Source of the DNA: an uncultured Candidatus Berkelbacteria bacterium
GTDB lineage: Bacteria > Patescibacteriota > UBA1384 > UBA12157
DNA: 64,000 nucleotides
Direction of reading: 5' to 3'
NCBI GenBank assembly: GCA_903877885.1
Contig: CAIRFN010000006.1
Coordinates: 86,054 to 150,053 of the forward strand
The stretch's first letter is position 1. Each line of letters begins with the position of its first letter. Under the pieces are notes generated by a model. The model was given only the letters and a program-made list of their open reading frames with translations, did no database searches and was not told the DNA's origin. The translations under genes were made by a program, and so were the position numbers. Positions 1 to 10,098 of the stretch are shown here, one piece after another.

Positions 1-651
1 TTTTTATTTACTAGAACAAAATATAAAAGAGCAATTGAATTTAATCCGGAAGGCGATACGATTCCACTTTTGTATGACGAATATGATCGTTGCGCCGCAG
101 ATTATCTAAATCCGCCAGCTGGCGGAGATACTGATATGGCCAGGGCATTTTTTTTCACGGAAACAGATTTAGAGAAAGATTTACCGCAATATTATTTACG
201 ATTTTCCAAAATTGCTAATTTCTTGCAAATGCCGCGAATAGATATCTTAACTTATGCCAAAGAAGAAAAAACATCAGATTTAACTGAAGTTGAAAAAGTC
301 GAAATTGAAAATCGCATTGAAGTGGCCAAAAAATGGCTGGCCGATTATGCGCCGGAATCGGTTAAATTTACGGTCCAAGAAAATTTGCCAGAAATTACCA
401 AAAATTTAACTGAAACTCAAAAAAACTATTTACACCAATTGGCTGATGTTATTTCAAAACAAGAAAAATGGACTGGTGAAGATTTGCATAAAGCGATTCA
501 TGATTTGAAAAATGAGACTGCAATTGCACCAAAAGATGCTTTTTCCGCGATTTATATAACAATCTTAGGAAAAGATTCCGGCCCGCAGGCCGGTTGGCTA
601 CTTGCTAGTTTAGACCATGATTTTGTAGTTGAGAGATTGAGAGAAATATAA
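1..651 (+). CDS. Lysine--tRNA ligase, class I (LysK-type), C-terminal part; gene starts upstream of window
   Basis: Frame 1 is open from nt 1. C-terminal motif '...AIYITILGKDSGPQAGWLLASLDHDFVVERL' resembles the class-I LysRS C-terminal helical domain. Confidence 0.55.
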   Translation, partial: FLFTRTKYKRAIEFNPEGDTIPLLYDEYDRCAADYLNPPAGGDTDMARAFFFTETDLEKDLPQYYLRFSKIANFLQMPRIDILTYAKEEKTSDLTEVEKVEIENRIEVAKKWLADYAPESVKFTVQENLPEITKNLTETQKNYLHQLADVISKQEKWTGEDLHKAIHDLKNETAIAPKDAFSAIYITILGKDSGPQAGWLLASLDHDFVVERLREI

Positions 652-672
652 AATCCATCGGAGGGGTGATAA

Positions 673-903
673 TTGAGAATCGAGATAGATCAAAGCGGGA
701 AAATTGAATATACAAATAAGCCGACAATTGTGGCTTATTCCAAAAAGAGTAAAGATGTTTCAATTTTTACAACACAAATTGGGAAAAAATCAAGAGCACA
801 TGATTTAGCTTGGAAAGAGTTTCAAGATAAAACACATAAAACAGTTCAAAGAATTAGTGCGGGAGAGATAATTAAAATAATTAAAAAATCGGGGAATGTT
901 TAA
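673..903 (+). CDS. hypothetical small protein (76 aa)
   Basis: ORF with RBS-like GGAGGGG upstream; no recognisable motif. Confidence 0.3.
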   Translation: MRIEIDQSGKIEYTNKPTIVAYSKKSKDVSIFTTQIGKKSRAHDLAWKEFQDKTHKTVQRISAGEIIKIIKKSGNV

Positions 904-1012
904 GCGCCGAATGGTTACGGCGGGTCGACACCCTACCCGATCATGAGTAAATTATAACGTATTTTATCGAGTTTGTCAAGTTCAAGAATATTTTAATCAA
1001 GAGGAAAAAACA

Positions 1013-2251
1013 ATGTTAGATATCAAATTTGTTCGAGAAAATTTAGACGAAGTTAAAAAATCTTTAAGCAAAAAAGGTCATGAATACGATTTGGAAACAG
1101 TCTTAAAACTCGACGATCAAAAACGTGATTTACAAAATCGAATTGAACTGTTGCAGGCCGAAGCCAACAAACTCGCCAAAGAAGGCCAGCGTTCCGATCG
1201 AGCTGTGGAAATCAAACAAATGCTCAAAGATTTGGAACCGCAATTAATTGAAGCCAAAGAAAAATTATTTGTCGAATTAGCTCAAATTCCAAACTTACCA
1301 GCTGAAGATGTACCGACCGCCGAAGAAGGGGACAAGGAAACCTACAAATGGGGCGAGATTCCTAAATTTGATTTTGAAGTCAAAGATCATTTGGAGTTGG
1401 GTGAAGCGCTCGATTTAATTGATATGGAGCGTGGCGCTCGGGTTTCTGGTGCCAGGTTTTATTACTTAAAAAACGAACTGGTTTTGCTGGAATTTGCTTT
1501 AATTCAATATTTGGCCGGAAAATTAACCAAAAAGGGTTTTACGCCAATGATTGTGCCAGATTTGGTTAAAGAAGAGGCGATGTTTGCGACTGGTTTTTTT
1601 CCGGCTGAAAAAAATGAAATTTACCACGTTAATCCTGATGAAGACAATCTCTATTTAATTGGCACAGCTGAAGTGCCACTGGCCTCTTATCACGCTGGTG
1701 AAACCTTAACTTATGAAGAATTACCGAAAAAATATTTTGGCTTTTCCAGTTGTTTTCGTCGTGAAGCAGGAAGCTATGGTCGTGATACCAAGGGGATTAT
1801 TCGTGTTCATCAGTTTGATAAAGTGGAAATGTTTGTTTTTGCTCGACCGGAAGAGGCTTGGCAGATTTTCGAAGAACTTTATATGATCAACCGCGAAATC
1901 TTTGAGGAATTGGGACTTCCCTACCATCAAATCAATATTAATGCTGGCGAACTGGGCGCGCCAAATACTAAAAAAATTGATACTGAAGTTTGGATTCCGT
2001 CGCAAAATACTTATCGTGAGCTAACTTCTTGTTCCAATGATTCTGATTATCAAGCCCGTCGGATGAATTGCCGCTATAAAACTAAAGAAGGTAAAACCGA
2101 ATTTGTTCATACCTTGAACGACACGGCGATCGCAGTGGCTCGAACACTCGTTGCGATTATGGAAAATTATCAACAAGCCGACGGCTCGATTAAAGTGCCA
2201 GAGGTTTTGGTGAAGTATACGAATTTCGATGTAATCAAGGAGAAAAAATAA
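1013..2251 (+). CDS. serS: Seryl-tRNA synthetase
   Basis: N-terminal coiled-coil arm, class II motifs (FRRE..., GSG..R), 412 aa; RBS AGAGGAAAA precedes ATG. Confidence 0.92.
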   Translation: MLDIKFVRENLDEVKKSLSKKGHEYDLETVLKLDDQKRDLQNRIELLQAEANKLAKEGQRSDRAVEIKQMLKDLEPQLIEAKEKLFVELAQIPNLPAEDVPTAEEGDKETYKWGEIPKFDFEVKDHLELGEALDLIDMERGARVSGARFYYLKNELVLLEFALIQYLAGKLTKKGFTPMIVPDLVKEEAMFATGFFPAEKNEIYHVNPDEDNLYLIGTAEVPLASYHAGETLTYEELPKKYFGFSSCFRREAGSYGRDTKGIIRVHQFDKVEMFVFARPEEAWQIFEELYMINREIFEELGLPYHQININAGELGAPNTKKIDTEVWIPSQNTYRELTSCSNDSDYQARRMNCRYKTKEGKTEFVHTLNDTAIAVARTLVAIMENYQQADGSIKVPEVLVKYTNFDVIKEKK

Positions 2252-2252
2252 T

Positions 2253-2579
2253 ATGACGATTCAAATCACTGGTCACAATGTTGAATTAAATGATGATTTA
2301 AAAAGTTATACTGAAGAAAAAGTCTTGAAATTCGTTGATTTAATTGAAGAGCCGGCTTCTTGCAATATTTTCTTATCCAATGAGTTCGGTCCTAAAGGTG
2401 GCGAAGACAAATTAGTCAGATTAACCTTATCACTGCCTGGTGAAAAAAATCCGATTCATGTCGAAGCCCAAACCGACGATTTCTTTGGTTCGATTGATTT
2501 AGCCCAAGAAAAGCTTGAACAACAGATTTTAAAATACAAGGAACAGGTTAAAATCGGCGACCGTCATATTGAGGAATAA
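2253..2579 (+). CDS. hpf: Ribosome hibernation promoting factor / RaiA family
   Basis: 'MTIQITGHNVELNDDLKSYTEEK' is the typical HPF N-terminus; 108 aa. Confidence 0.8.
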   Translation: MTIQITGHNVELNDDLKSYTEEKVLKFVDLIEEPASCNIFLSNEFGPKGGEDKLVRLTLSLPGEKNPIHVEAQTDDFFGSIDLAQEKLEQQILKYKEQVKIGDRHIEE

Positions 2580-2826
2580 AAATGAACGAATTACTAACTA
2601 AAAAAGAAGCAGTTGATTTTCTTGTGCTGAAAGAGCAAATAACAGAGGCCGTTTTTACTTTGAGAAAGAAAAACTTCAAAAATGGATTGATGATTTTCAT
2701 TGGAGAACAATTGAGCTAAATCTTGCTGATTATCAACTTTGTCTTGACTTTGCTTTAGCTCAACATTTTAGAGGTTATGTTGTTTCCGATTGGGGTACTG
2801 CAAGACAGAGAGAATTTGGTCAAAAG

Positions 2827-3369
2827 TTGACCAATTGGATCAAAGGTCAATTAGCAGAAGTTGCTGTAAAAAAGTTTTTTAAGAATGAGTTTGGTGTTGA
2901 AATTGAATTAGATTTTAGGATTTATGATCAAATAGTTCCACAGGATATCATCGGAGTTAAAATAAAAGACAAGATTAGACAACCAAAAATTGGAATAGGA
3001 ATAAAAGCTTCCAAACCCAAAAGTGCTTATCTTATTTTAGGTGAAAATGAAATCAGTATTCCGGAACGAAGGTCAGATTTTTATATTTATTGTAGACCAG
3101 ATATTCCTGATGATCATCTTCTGCGGTTAACTAGAAATGAAATTATTAAAGCTGTTAAAAATGAGCAACATTTTTCGACATATAAAGATAAAATTCCTTA
3201 TTTTGTACCAATAAAATGCGAAATAGTAGGTTTCTGTGCGATCAATGAACTCGAAAAGGTGTCTAGTATTGAAGGGCAAGTGTTTGATAATGGTTATAGG
3301 TTTGTCCGCAAGTCAGGCAAATTACATCGATCCAGAGAAGATTGGGAAGGCTTGTTGGGTCGGTTGTAA
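2827..3369 (+). CDS. Putative type II restriction endonuclease (C-terminal segment). The frame is continuous upstream through a TAA at 2716-2718 to an ATG at 2581
   Basis: Convergent and overlapping with the C5-MTase gene. No housekeeping homology. The upstream 246 nt in the same frame have only the single TAA. Confidence 0.4.
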   Translation: MTNWIKGQLAEVAVKKFFKNEFGVEIELDFRIYDQIVPQDIIGVKIKDKIRQPKIGIGIKASKPKSAYLILGENEISIPERRSDFYIYCRPDIPDDHLLRLTRNEIIKAVKNEQHFSTYKDKIPYFVPIKCEIVGFCAINELEKVSSIEGQVFDNGYRFVRKSGKLHRSREDWEGLLGRL

Positions 3370-4467
3370 AGAAAAATCAATTTTGTCAGTTTTTTTATAG
3401 ATTTGAATATTCGATTTTACACTTTCATATTTAACACCGGCAAATGTTTTTAATATCGCCTCGAATATTTCTTGTGCAACTTTTGGTGGAACGGCCATGC
3501 CAATTTGTTTGCGAACTTGCTCTTTAGAACCTTCGAATTGAAAATTATCAGGAAAAGTTTGAATTCTAGCACGTTCGCGATTTGTAAGTGCTCTATTCTC
3601 CTCCCAATGGTAAACATGCGTTCCGCCGCCGCCGCTTCCGGTAATTGTATATGATGGTTTTTCCGGGTGTAATCTTTTATATATTTGGCTCATCTTGGCG
3701 CCTTTTACATTCATTTGTAAATGACTAGGAATCCCTTTATACCATGCATTTTCGCCAGCTGGGATAAATTTAAGTCTTTCAATAACTAAATCGGATTGTT
3801 TTGTAATCTCATTATTAAATGCATTCTCAGGAATTGGCGGATTTTCTATTGCTGATTTTGCCGAAATAAAATCGTTCTTTGTAATTGGTGCTGGAATATC
3901 AAATTTTAACTGTAAATCTTTTCGGATTCCAACAATTACTATTCGATGCCTTGTTTGCGGCACACCATATTCTTCAAATTTATACAGGTTTACCGTAATT
4001 TCATAACCTTTACCTGCAATTTCTAAATCAGAAAGAATTTTTTCAAAAGCTTTTCCGTTATTTGCACTTTGTAAACCACTTACGTTTTCTGCAATAAACC
4101 ATTTTGGGTTTTTTGCTTCGATAGCTTTAATGCCATATGTATACAATGGTCCGAATTTACCGTTGAAACCTTTCTGTTTGCCAACTAAACTAAAATCGTT
4201 GCAAGGAAAACCAAAAGCTAAAGCGTCAAAATCCGGTACCTTATTAAAATCTATTTCTTCGACGGGTTTGCAAATTACAGCTTTTGGATTTTCTGGATGA
4301 ATATTTTTAATATAAGTTTGGCATGTAGATTCATCGTAATCGTTTGCCCAAATCGGGTTTATCGAAAGAATAGTATCTTCGGTTTTAATGTTTGATTTAA
4401 GTGCTCCTAAAGCTAATCCGCCAGGTCCGCAAAAAAGTTCAGCCAAGCGGAAAGTTATTTTTTTCAT
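3322..4467 (-). CDS. DNA (cytosine-5)-methyltransferase
   Basis: Motif I 'LFCGPGG', motif IV 'GFPCNDFS', motif VI 'ENV', motif X near C-terminus; 381 aa. Confidence 0.92.
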   Translation of the reverse strand: MKKITFRLAELFCGPGGLALGALKSNIKTEDTILSINPIWANDYDESTCQTYIKNIHPENPKAVICKPVEEIDFNKVPDFDALAFGFPCNDFSLVGKQKGFNGKFGPLYTYGIKAIEAKNPKWFIAENVSGLQSANNGKAFEKILSDLEIAGKGYEITVNLYKFEEYGVPQTRHRIVIVGIRKDLQLKFDIPAPITKNDFISAKSAIENPPIPENAFNNEITKQSDLVIERLKFIPAGENAWYKGIPSHLQMNVKGAKMSQIYKRLHPEKPSYTITGSGGGGTHVYHWEENRALTNRERARIQTFPDNFQFEGSKEQVRKQIGMAVPPKVAQEIFEAILKTFAGVKYESVKSNIQIYKKTDKIDFSLQPTQQAFPIFSGSM

Positions 4468-4671
4468 ATATTTTCCTATGCGTTATTATTTTTTTATTAT
4501 CTATATCTATTATATTACAAATAATTAAAATGTCACTGTGGATAACTCGAACAAAAAACGAACATAAAATATTTATTACTTTTTCAATAGTTTATTATTA
4601 AAAATGACTAGATTTATTCAACCGATCTGGTATACTTTAGTTAGTCCAAGTTAACGCAAGAAAGGCACAAA

Positions 4672-7236
4672 ATGCTGGATTTTTTAGGTAAAATGTTTGG
4701 TTCAAACCAAGGCGTAATTAATCAACTCCAACCAATAGTTGATTCGATTAATGCACTCGAACCAGATTTTGGAAAATTAACCGATGAAGAATTAAAAAAT
4801 AAAACTCAAGAATTTAAAGAACGGTTGGTAAAAGGTGAAACGCTCGATGATCTTCTACCTGAAGCCTTTGCAGCCGTGAGAGAAGCCTCAAAACGCACCA
4901 TTGGCCAGCGTCATTTTGACGTTCAATTAGTTGGTGGCATTGTCTTGCATCAGGGTAAAATCGCTGAAATGCGCACTGGTGAAGGTAAGACCTTGGTTGC
5001 GACTTTACCACTTTACTTAAATGCGCTCGAAGGAAAAGGTGTTCATCTTATTACTGTCAACGATTATTTGGCGCGGTTTCATTGCGCCTGGATGGGCCAA
5101 ATTTATCATAAATTAGGATTATCAACCGCGGTTATTAATCACGAATCATCATTTGTCTATAATCCGATCAAAAGTGATCCAGATGCCGATCCGGTTAATA
5201 TTGAATACGAAAATTTGCAAGCCGTTTCCAGACAAGACGCTTACAATGCCGATATTACCTATGGCACTAATAACGAATTTGGTTTTGATTATTTGCGCGA
5301 CAATATGGTCCAAAGTTTGGAGCAAATGGCTCAACGCGAACAGCATTTTGCTATTGTTGATGAAGTTGACTCTATTTTAATTGATGAGGCGCGCACTCCT
5401 TTAATTATTTCAGCGCCCGCCGAAGAATCGGCCGGACTTTACCGTCAATTTGCTCAAATGGTGCCAAAATTAGAAGAAACAACCGATTACACCATTGATG
5501 AAAAAATGCGTGCTGTCAGTTTGACTGAAATTGGTATGGATAAGGTTGAGAAACTACTGGGTATTGAAAATATCTATGAAGCTAAATCGATCGAACTAGT
5601 CCATCATCTGGAGCAAGCTTTAATCGCCAATGTGCTTTACAAAAAAGATAAAGATTATGTGGTCAAAGATGGTGAAGTGGTGATCGTCGATGAATTTACC
5701 GGCCGATTAATGCCCGGTCGCCGTTACTCTGAAGGTTTACATCAAGCCATTGAAGCTAAAGAAGGGGTGGAAGTTCAGCGCGAATCAAATACTTTGGCGA
5801 CGATTTCTTTTCAGAATTTGTTTCGCATGTATAAAAAGCTTGCCGGTATGACTGGAACGGCCGCTACTGAAGCTGAAGAATTTTACAAAATTTACAAATT
5901 GGATGTGGTGGAAATTCCAACCAATAAAGATAATATTCGCAAAGATTTGCAAGATTTAATTTACAAATCTGAAGAAGCCAAATTTCTAGCCGTGGTCGAA
6001 GAAGTTAAGCGTCGCAATGCGCTTGGTCAGCCAGTTTTGGTTGGCACAATTAGCATTGAAAAATCAGAGAAATTATCCCAAATGCTAAACCGCCGAGGGG
6101 TCAAACACGAAGTTTTAAATGCTAAGCACCATGAACGTGAAGCCAAGATTATTGAACAAGCCGGCCGCGCCGGCGCGGTTACAGTGGCCACAAACATGGC
6201 TGGTCGCGGTGTTGATATTTTGCTTGGCGGCGCGCCAATGAACACCGAAAAACGCGAAGAAGTGGCTGTTCTAGGCGGACTTCATATTATTGGAACCGAG
6301 CGACATGAATCTCGTCGAATTGATAATCAGCTCCGCGGTCGCGCCGGTCGTCAGGGTGATCCAGGTTCAAGTCAATTCTATGTTTGTATGGACGATGACT
6401 TAATGCGCATTTTTGGTGGCGACAGGATGAAAAGTTTGATGGACACCTTAAAGTTACCCGATGATATGCCAATTGAGCATTCTCTAATTTCCAAGTCAAT
6501 TGAGTCAGCTCAACGCAAAGTTGAAGGTCATAACTTTGATATTCGAAAACAACTTGTTGAATATGATGATGTGGCCAACAAACATCGCCAAGCAATTTAC
6601 GCCAAACGCAAACATATTTTGGAAGCGGATAGTATTCATCAAGATATTTTAGATTTGATGGACGATGAGGCTCAAACAGAATATCAAGCCAAGTATGACA
6701 AAATTGGCGCTGAGCCAATGGATCAAATTGAAAAAATGGTTTATTTGCGTTCAATCGATACGATTTGGGTTGAGCATTTGAATGCGCTCGACGTTTTGCG
6801 CGAAGGCATTGGTTTACGAGGTTATGGTCAACGCGACCCGTTAGTCGAGTACAAAGCCGAAGCTTACAATCTATTTCAACGTTTAATGACCAGTATCGAC
6901 GCTCAAGTGGTGGATTTTCTGCTTAAAGCCGAAATCAAAGTTGGTCCGCAAAATTTATCGATTGAGCAAGCGCCGCAGAGAAATATGCGTCTTCAAGGCG
7001 CCGATGAAAGTCTAGCCGGCGGGGCAATTCAAAAACAAAAAAATGATGTCATTTCGAGTGGTAGCGAGAAATCTATAAAAAATAATAAAGTGGAAGTCAC
7101 GGTTCGTAAGCGTCCATCAACTGACTCTGATTCTGAATCACCAAAATCCGCGCCTAGTCCATTCGGCCAAGTCGGTAGAAATGACCCTTGCCCCTGCGGT
7201 TCGGGCAAGAAGTTCAAAAAATGCCATGGGAAATAA
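4672..7236 (+). CDS. secA: Preprotein translocase ATPase SecA
   Basis: DEAD motor motifs and the C-terminal zinc finger '[14 protein letters not shown]'; 854 aa. Confidence 0.95.
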   Translation: MLDFLGKMFGSNQGVINQLQPIVDSINALEPDFGKLTDEELKNKTQEFKERLVKGETLDDLLPEAFAAVREASKRTIGQRHFDVQLVGGIVLHQGKIAEMRTGEGKTLVATLPLYLNALEGKGVHLITVNDYLARFHCAWMGQIYHKLGLSTAVINHESSFVYNPIKSDPDADPVNIEYENLQAVSRQDAYNADITYGTNNEFGFDYLRDNMVQSLEQMAQREQHFAIVDEVDSILIDEARTPLIISAPAEESAGLYRQFAQMVPKLEETTDYTIDEKMRAVSLTEIGMDKVEKLLGIENIYEAKSIELVHHLEQALIANVLYKKDKDYVVKDGEVVIVDEFTGRLMPGRRYSEGLHQAIEAKEGVEVQRESNTLATISFQNLFRMYKKLAGMTGTAATEAEEFYKIYKLDVVEIPTNKDNIRKDLQDLIYKSEEAKFLAVVEEVKRRNALGQPVLVGTISIEKSEKLSQMLNRRGVKHEVLNAKHHEREAKIIEQAGRAGAVTVATNMAGRGVDILLGGAPMNTEKREEVAVLGGLHIIGTERHESRRIDNQLRGRAGRQGDPGSSQFYVCMDDDLMRIFGGDRMKSLMDTLKLPDDMPIEHSLISKSIESAQRKVEGHNFDIRKQLVEYDDVANKHRQAIYAKRKHILEADSIHQDILDLMDDEAQTEYQAKYDKIGAEPMDQIEKMVYLRSIDTIWVEHLNALDVLREGIGLRGYGQRDPLVEYKAEAYNLFQRLMTSIDAQVVDFLLKAEIKVGPQNLSIEQAPQRNMRLQGADESLAGGAIQKQKNDVISSGSEKSIKNNKVEVTVRKRPSTDSDSESPKSAPSPFGQVGRNDPCPCGSGKKFKKCHGK

Positions 7237-7240
7237 TATA

Positions 7241-7303
7241 GTAAAGGACTGTCCTTCCAGGTTCAACAGTACCAGGTTAAGGACTGTCCTTAAGTAATAG
7301 GTG
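7241..7303. repeat. REP/BIME-like 63-bp element: two AAGGAC-T-GTCCTT hairpins flanking CCAGGTTCAACAGTACCAGGTTA
   Basis: Perfectly identical copy at 8870-8932; single-hairpin variant at 7881-7904. Confidence 0.75.
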
Positions 7304-7308
7304 GTGAC

Positions 7309-7878
7309 ATGGGTGTATTAAAATATAAAGAATCGGCGCCAAATACATATTATCATTTGTATAATCGAGGGAATAAAAAGAAGGAAATTTTTCTTGATAA
7401 AACTGATTATCGAATTTATCTTAATCGGTTATTAAAAGCTAGTAAAAAATATAACTTTTCAATTATTGCTTATTGCCTAATGCCGAATCATTTCCATCTA
7501 ATTGTAAAGCAAAACGATTTATCCTCACCTGCGAATTTAATGGCATCAGTTAATACTAGCTACTCGATGATTTTTAATCTAAAATATAAAACAGTTGGTC
7601 ATTTATTTCAGGATCGATATAAGCAGAAAATAATCAAAGATGATCAATATATACTAAATTTAATTGCTTATATTCATTTTAATCCAGTTAATGATAAATT
7701 ATGCGTTTTCCCTAAAGAGTATTGTTGGAGTAGTTATCTGGAATATGCCGGGTTAGTGAAAAATTGGTTATGTGATAAACAGCTAATGGATAGTTTTAAT
7801 CTAAAAGGACAGTCCTTTGAGGATTATATTCGTTCGTCTTACGAAATCAGTCCGTATGATGCATTTGATCAAGATTAA
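7309..7878 (+). CDS. REP-associated tyrosine transposase (RAYT, IS200/IS605 Y1 HUH family)
   Basis: 'YHLYNRGNKKKEIF', HUH motif 'MPNHFHLIV', catalytic Tyr region 'AYIHFNPV'; flanked by REP hairpins. Confidence 0.8.
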   Translation: MGVLKYKESAPNTYYHLYNRGNKKKEIFLDKTDYRIYLNRLLKASKKYNFSIIAYCLMPNHFHLIVKQNDLSSPANLMASVNTSYSMIFNLKYKTVGHLFQDRYKQKIIKDDQYILNLIAYIHFNPVNDKLCVFPKEYCWSSYLEYAGLVKNWLCDKQLMDSFNLKGQSFEDYIRSSYEISPYDAFDQD

Positions 7879-7880
7879 TA

Positions 7881-7904
7881 GTAAAGGACTGTCCTTAAGT
7901 AATA
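7881..7904. repeat. Single-hairpin REP variant (gtaaAGGACtGTCCTTaagtaata)
   Basis: Identical to the two ends of the 63-bp repeat fused together. Confidence 0.65.
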
Positions 7905-7914
7905 AAGTAATAGG

Positions 7915-8397
7915 ATGAAATTTAAAAATATCATAGGGAATAATTATATGGAAAACAAAATTAATCAAGAACAATTTATAGAAATTGTCGAAAATATTGC
8001 AAAAGAAACAACAAAAATGTCCCAAAAGATAATTGGAGATATTTTCCCAATAAAATCATTAACAATATTTGCGCATAGCGGAAAAGAATTTGATCAATTG
8101 GTAGAAATATTATCGGAAATGGGCAAACAATATAACTATAATAATGGTCCAAGAATTGAGCTGTTCGAGCCGATTGAAGTCGAAAATAATAATGTAGAAT
8201 ATATAAGAATTAGAAAACCAGATATTGAGCGTCCGCAAATTGGTTGTAATGATTTTGAAACAAACTACGAAGATTTCAAGGAAAAATACTTATCTAAATA
8301 TCCAAATAATCTTTTTCTTATTGAGAGAACAGATTACGAGATGATTGAAATGAAAGATAAAGATTTTGATGTTTTGGCTTATGTGGTTTCTAATTAA
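7915..8397 (+). CDS. hypothetical protein (likely true start at MENK..., 7948)
   Basis: ORF inside the REP-bounded cassette; no recognisable motif. Confidence 0.4.
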   Translation: MKFKNIIGNNYMENKINQEQFIEIVENIAKETTKMSQKIIGDIFPIKSLTIFAHSGKEFDQLVEILSEMGKQYNYNNGPRIELFEPIEVENNNVEYIRIRKPDIERPQIGCNDFETNYEDFKEKYLSKYPNNLFLIERTDYEMIEMKDKDFDVLAYVVSN

Positions 8398-8414
8398 TAA
8401 ATTTTTTTAAATTT

Positions 8415-8855
8415 ATGGGAAATAAAATGAAAATTATGATTTGCGGGAGTATGAGTTTTGCTAAAGAAATGATCGAGCTTCAAAAGAAGCTTGAGGATTT
8501 TGGTCATGAAGTTTCTATTCCTTGTGATACCGATTTACATGTTGAAAAACCGGAATTTATTGACGATCTGGACAAAGACCGCGAACATTTGATTGCCAAT
8601 AATGTGATGAAAAAATGTTTTAAACTTTTAGCTAACAGCAAAACCGTTATTTTTCTTAATTTACCAAAAAATAAAATTGAAGGTTATATTGGAACATCTT
8701 CTTTGATGGAAATGGGATTGGCTTATTATTTAGGCAAAAAAATTTATTTAATGTATCCATTTCCTGATCCAAAAAACCATCGTTGGGCGCACGAAGTCGC
8801 GTCATTTATGCCAATAATTTTAGATGGTAAAATTGAAACTTTTAAAATAAATTAA
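8415..8855 (+). CDS. Nucleoside 2-deoxyribosyltransferase / DNPH1-like (SLOG-related Rossmann fold) protein
   Basis: 'MKIMICGSMSF...' N-terminus and 'GYIGTSSLMEMGLAYYLGKKIYLM' resemble the NDT/Rcl 'GT..E.G.A...GKP' motif. Confidence 0.45.
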   Translation: MGNKMKIMICGSMSFAKEMIELQKKLEDFGHEVSIPCDTDLHVEKPEFIDDLDKDREHLIANNVMKKCFKLLANSKTVIFLNLPKNKIEGYIGTSSLMEMGLAYYLGKKIYLMYPFPDPKNHRWAHEVASFMPIILDGKIETFKIN

Positions 8856-8869
8856 TTAAAAAATGAACA

Positions 8870-8932
8870 GTAAAGGACTGTCCTTCCAGGTTCAACAGTA
8901 CCAGGTTAAGGACTGTCCTTAAGTAATAGGTG
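8870..8932. repeat. REP/BIME-like 63-bp element (second perfect copy)
   Basis: Identical to 7241-7303. Confidence 0.75.
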
Positions 8933-8950
8933 ATAATTTGAAAGGGCAAA

Positions 8951-9928
8951 ATGACTGAACAAGATTCAACTAACAAAATTCCACAAGACCAAAGAGAATT
9001 TACAGCGCCGCCGACTGGTGAGGTGAAATCAAAGTTAGAGGATGCTTCATCAATATTAAATAATATTGTGTCTGCTGAATTTTTAGCCAAATGCACTATT
9101 TCTTGGTCAGGAATTTCAGGAAGTAATACCAAAGAAACGTTTGAAAACTTGCTCGAATCTATCGACTATTATATTAAACTGGGAAATCGGGACGAGCAGG
9201 CTGAGGCTGGTCATTTATTAAACTTTTTGCGGCAGGCAGATCAGGTAGATTTTGACGCACTTGGAATCCAAGATGGCTCGAGTCTAACCACTGAAATACA
9301 AAAAATTTGGGAACCTGGTGGACGAATTGCAAATATTATCTGGAAACAAAAAACGGAATCTGGACCAGCAACATCAACTTCGCAAAAAGTAGAAACAGCC
9401 GTTGATACGAAGGAAGTAGAACCTCAATTTACGGTTCCGGCCCGAGTTTCTGAAATGGGTAAACTTACTACTTGGCCTAGAAATGAATATGGAAATTTCG
9501 GGGAGAAAGATGAATATTCTTCAGGTGTTTATGCGGTTGTTTTTAGTGATAAATTTAAAGAAAGAGAATCTCTTAATGGTAAAACATTTGTGGCCACTGA
9601 TTATATCTCACCAGACGCTATAAAATATGAGCCAAAGGGATTTGTTATTATCTGTCATAAAATGACTGGAAATCCTGTAGTAAGAGATAGGCATGGTGGC
9701 ACCAGAGCTTTCGATCGGCTAAGGACAATTGCTTTTACACCAGAAGAAATTTCTCAAGCGGGTGGTAAAGAAGCATTAATACAACAGTTAGATCAAATGG
9801 GAATTTGGGAAGATAGTTCTGGTCTTTGGTCTACAGCTAATGATGAAAAAAATCCGGAAGATATCGTGCGAGCAACTCCAAGTGTTGATGAAATAGTTTT
9901 ACAGAAAAATTTTCAGGAGGAGAAATGA
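8951..9928 (+). CDS. hypothetical protein (325 aa)
   Basis: Long ORF with no recognisable motif; stop overlaps the start of the next ORF (ATGA). Confidence 0.5.
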   Translation: MTEQDSTNKIPQDQREFTAPPTGEVKSKLEDASSILNNIVSAEFLAKCTISWSGISGSNTKETFENLLESIDYYIKLGNRDEQAEAGHLLNFLRQADQVDFDALGIQDGSSLTTEIQKIWEPGGRIANIIWKQKTESGPATSTSQKVETAVDTKEVEPQFTVPARVSEMGKLTTWPRNEYGNFGEKDEYSSGVYAVVFSDKFKERESLNGKTFVATDYISPDAIKYEPKGFVIICHKMTGNPVVRDRHGGTRAFDRLRTIAFTPEEISQAGGKEALIQQLDQMGIWEDSSGLWSTANDEKNPEDIVRATPSVDEIVLQKNFQEEK

Positions 9929-10098
9929 TTAAAAAAGAAGGATCAAAGTGGGTGCTTTACACCCACGATGGTGAAAAAATTTTAGGCACGCATAAAACTA
10001 AAAAAGAAGCAGTAGCCCAGGAAGTGGCAATCAATATCAGCAAAGCTCAAGCAGCTGTTCATATTGTTTCTAAAAGAAAATCAATTAAACAAAAATGA
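9925..10098 (+). CDS. small hypothetical protein (57 aa, 'KKEGSKWVLYTHDGEKILGTHKTKKEA...')
   Basis: RBS AGGAGG upstream; ATGA overlaps on both sides, translationally coupled to its neighbours. Confidence 0.4.
   Translation: MIKKEGSKWVLYTHDGEKILGTHKTKKEAVAQEVAINISKAQAAVHIVSKRKSIKQK

Noticed and set aside
1721-2005. 94-aa minus-strand ORF
   Set aside because: Antisense within serS; low-complexity translation.
5149-5380. Two overlapping small ORFs on both strands
   Set aside because: Inside secA; alternative-frame artefacts.
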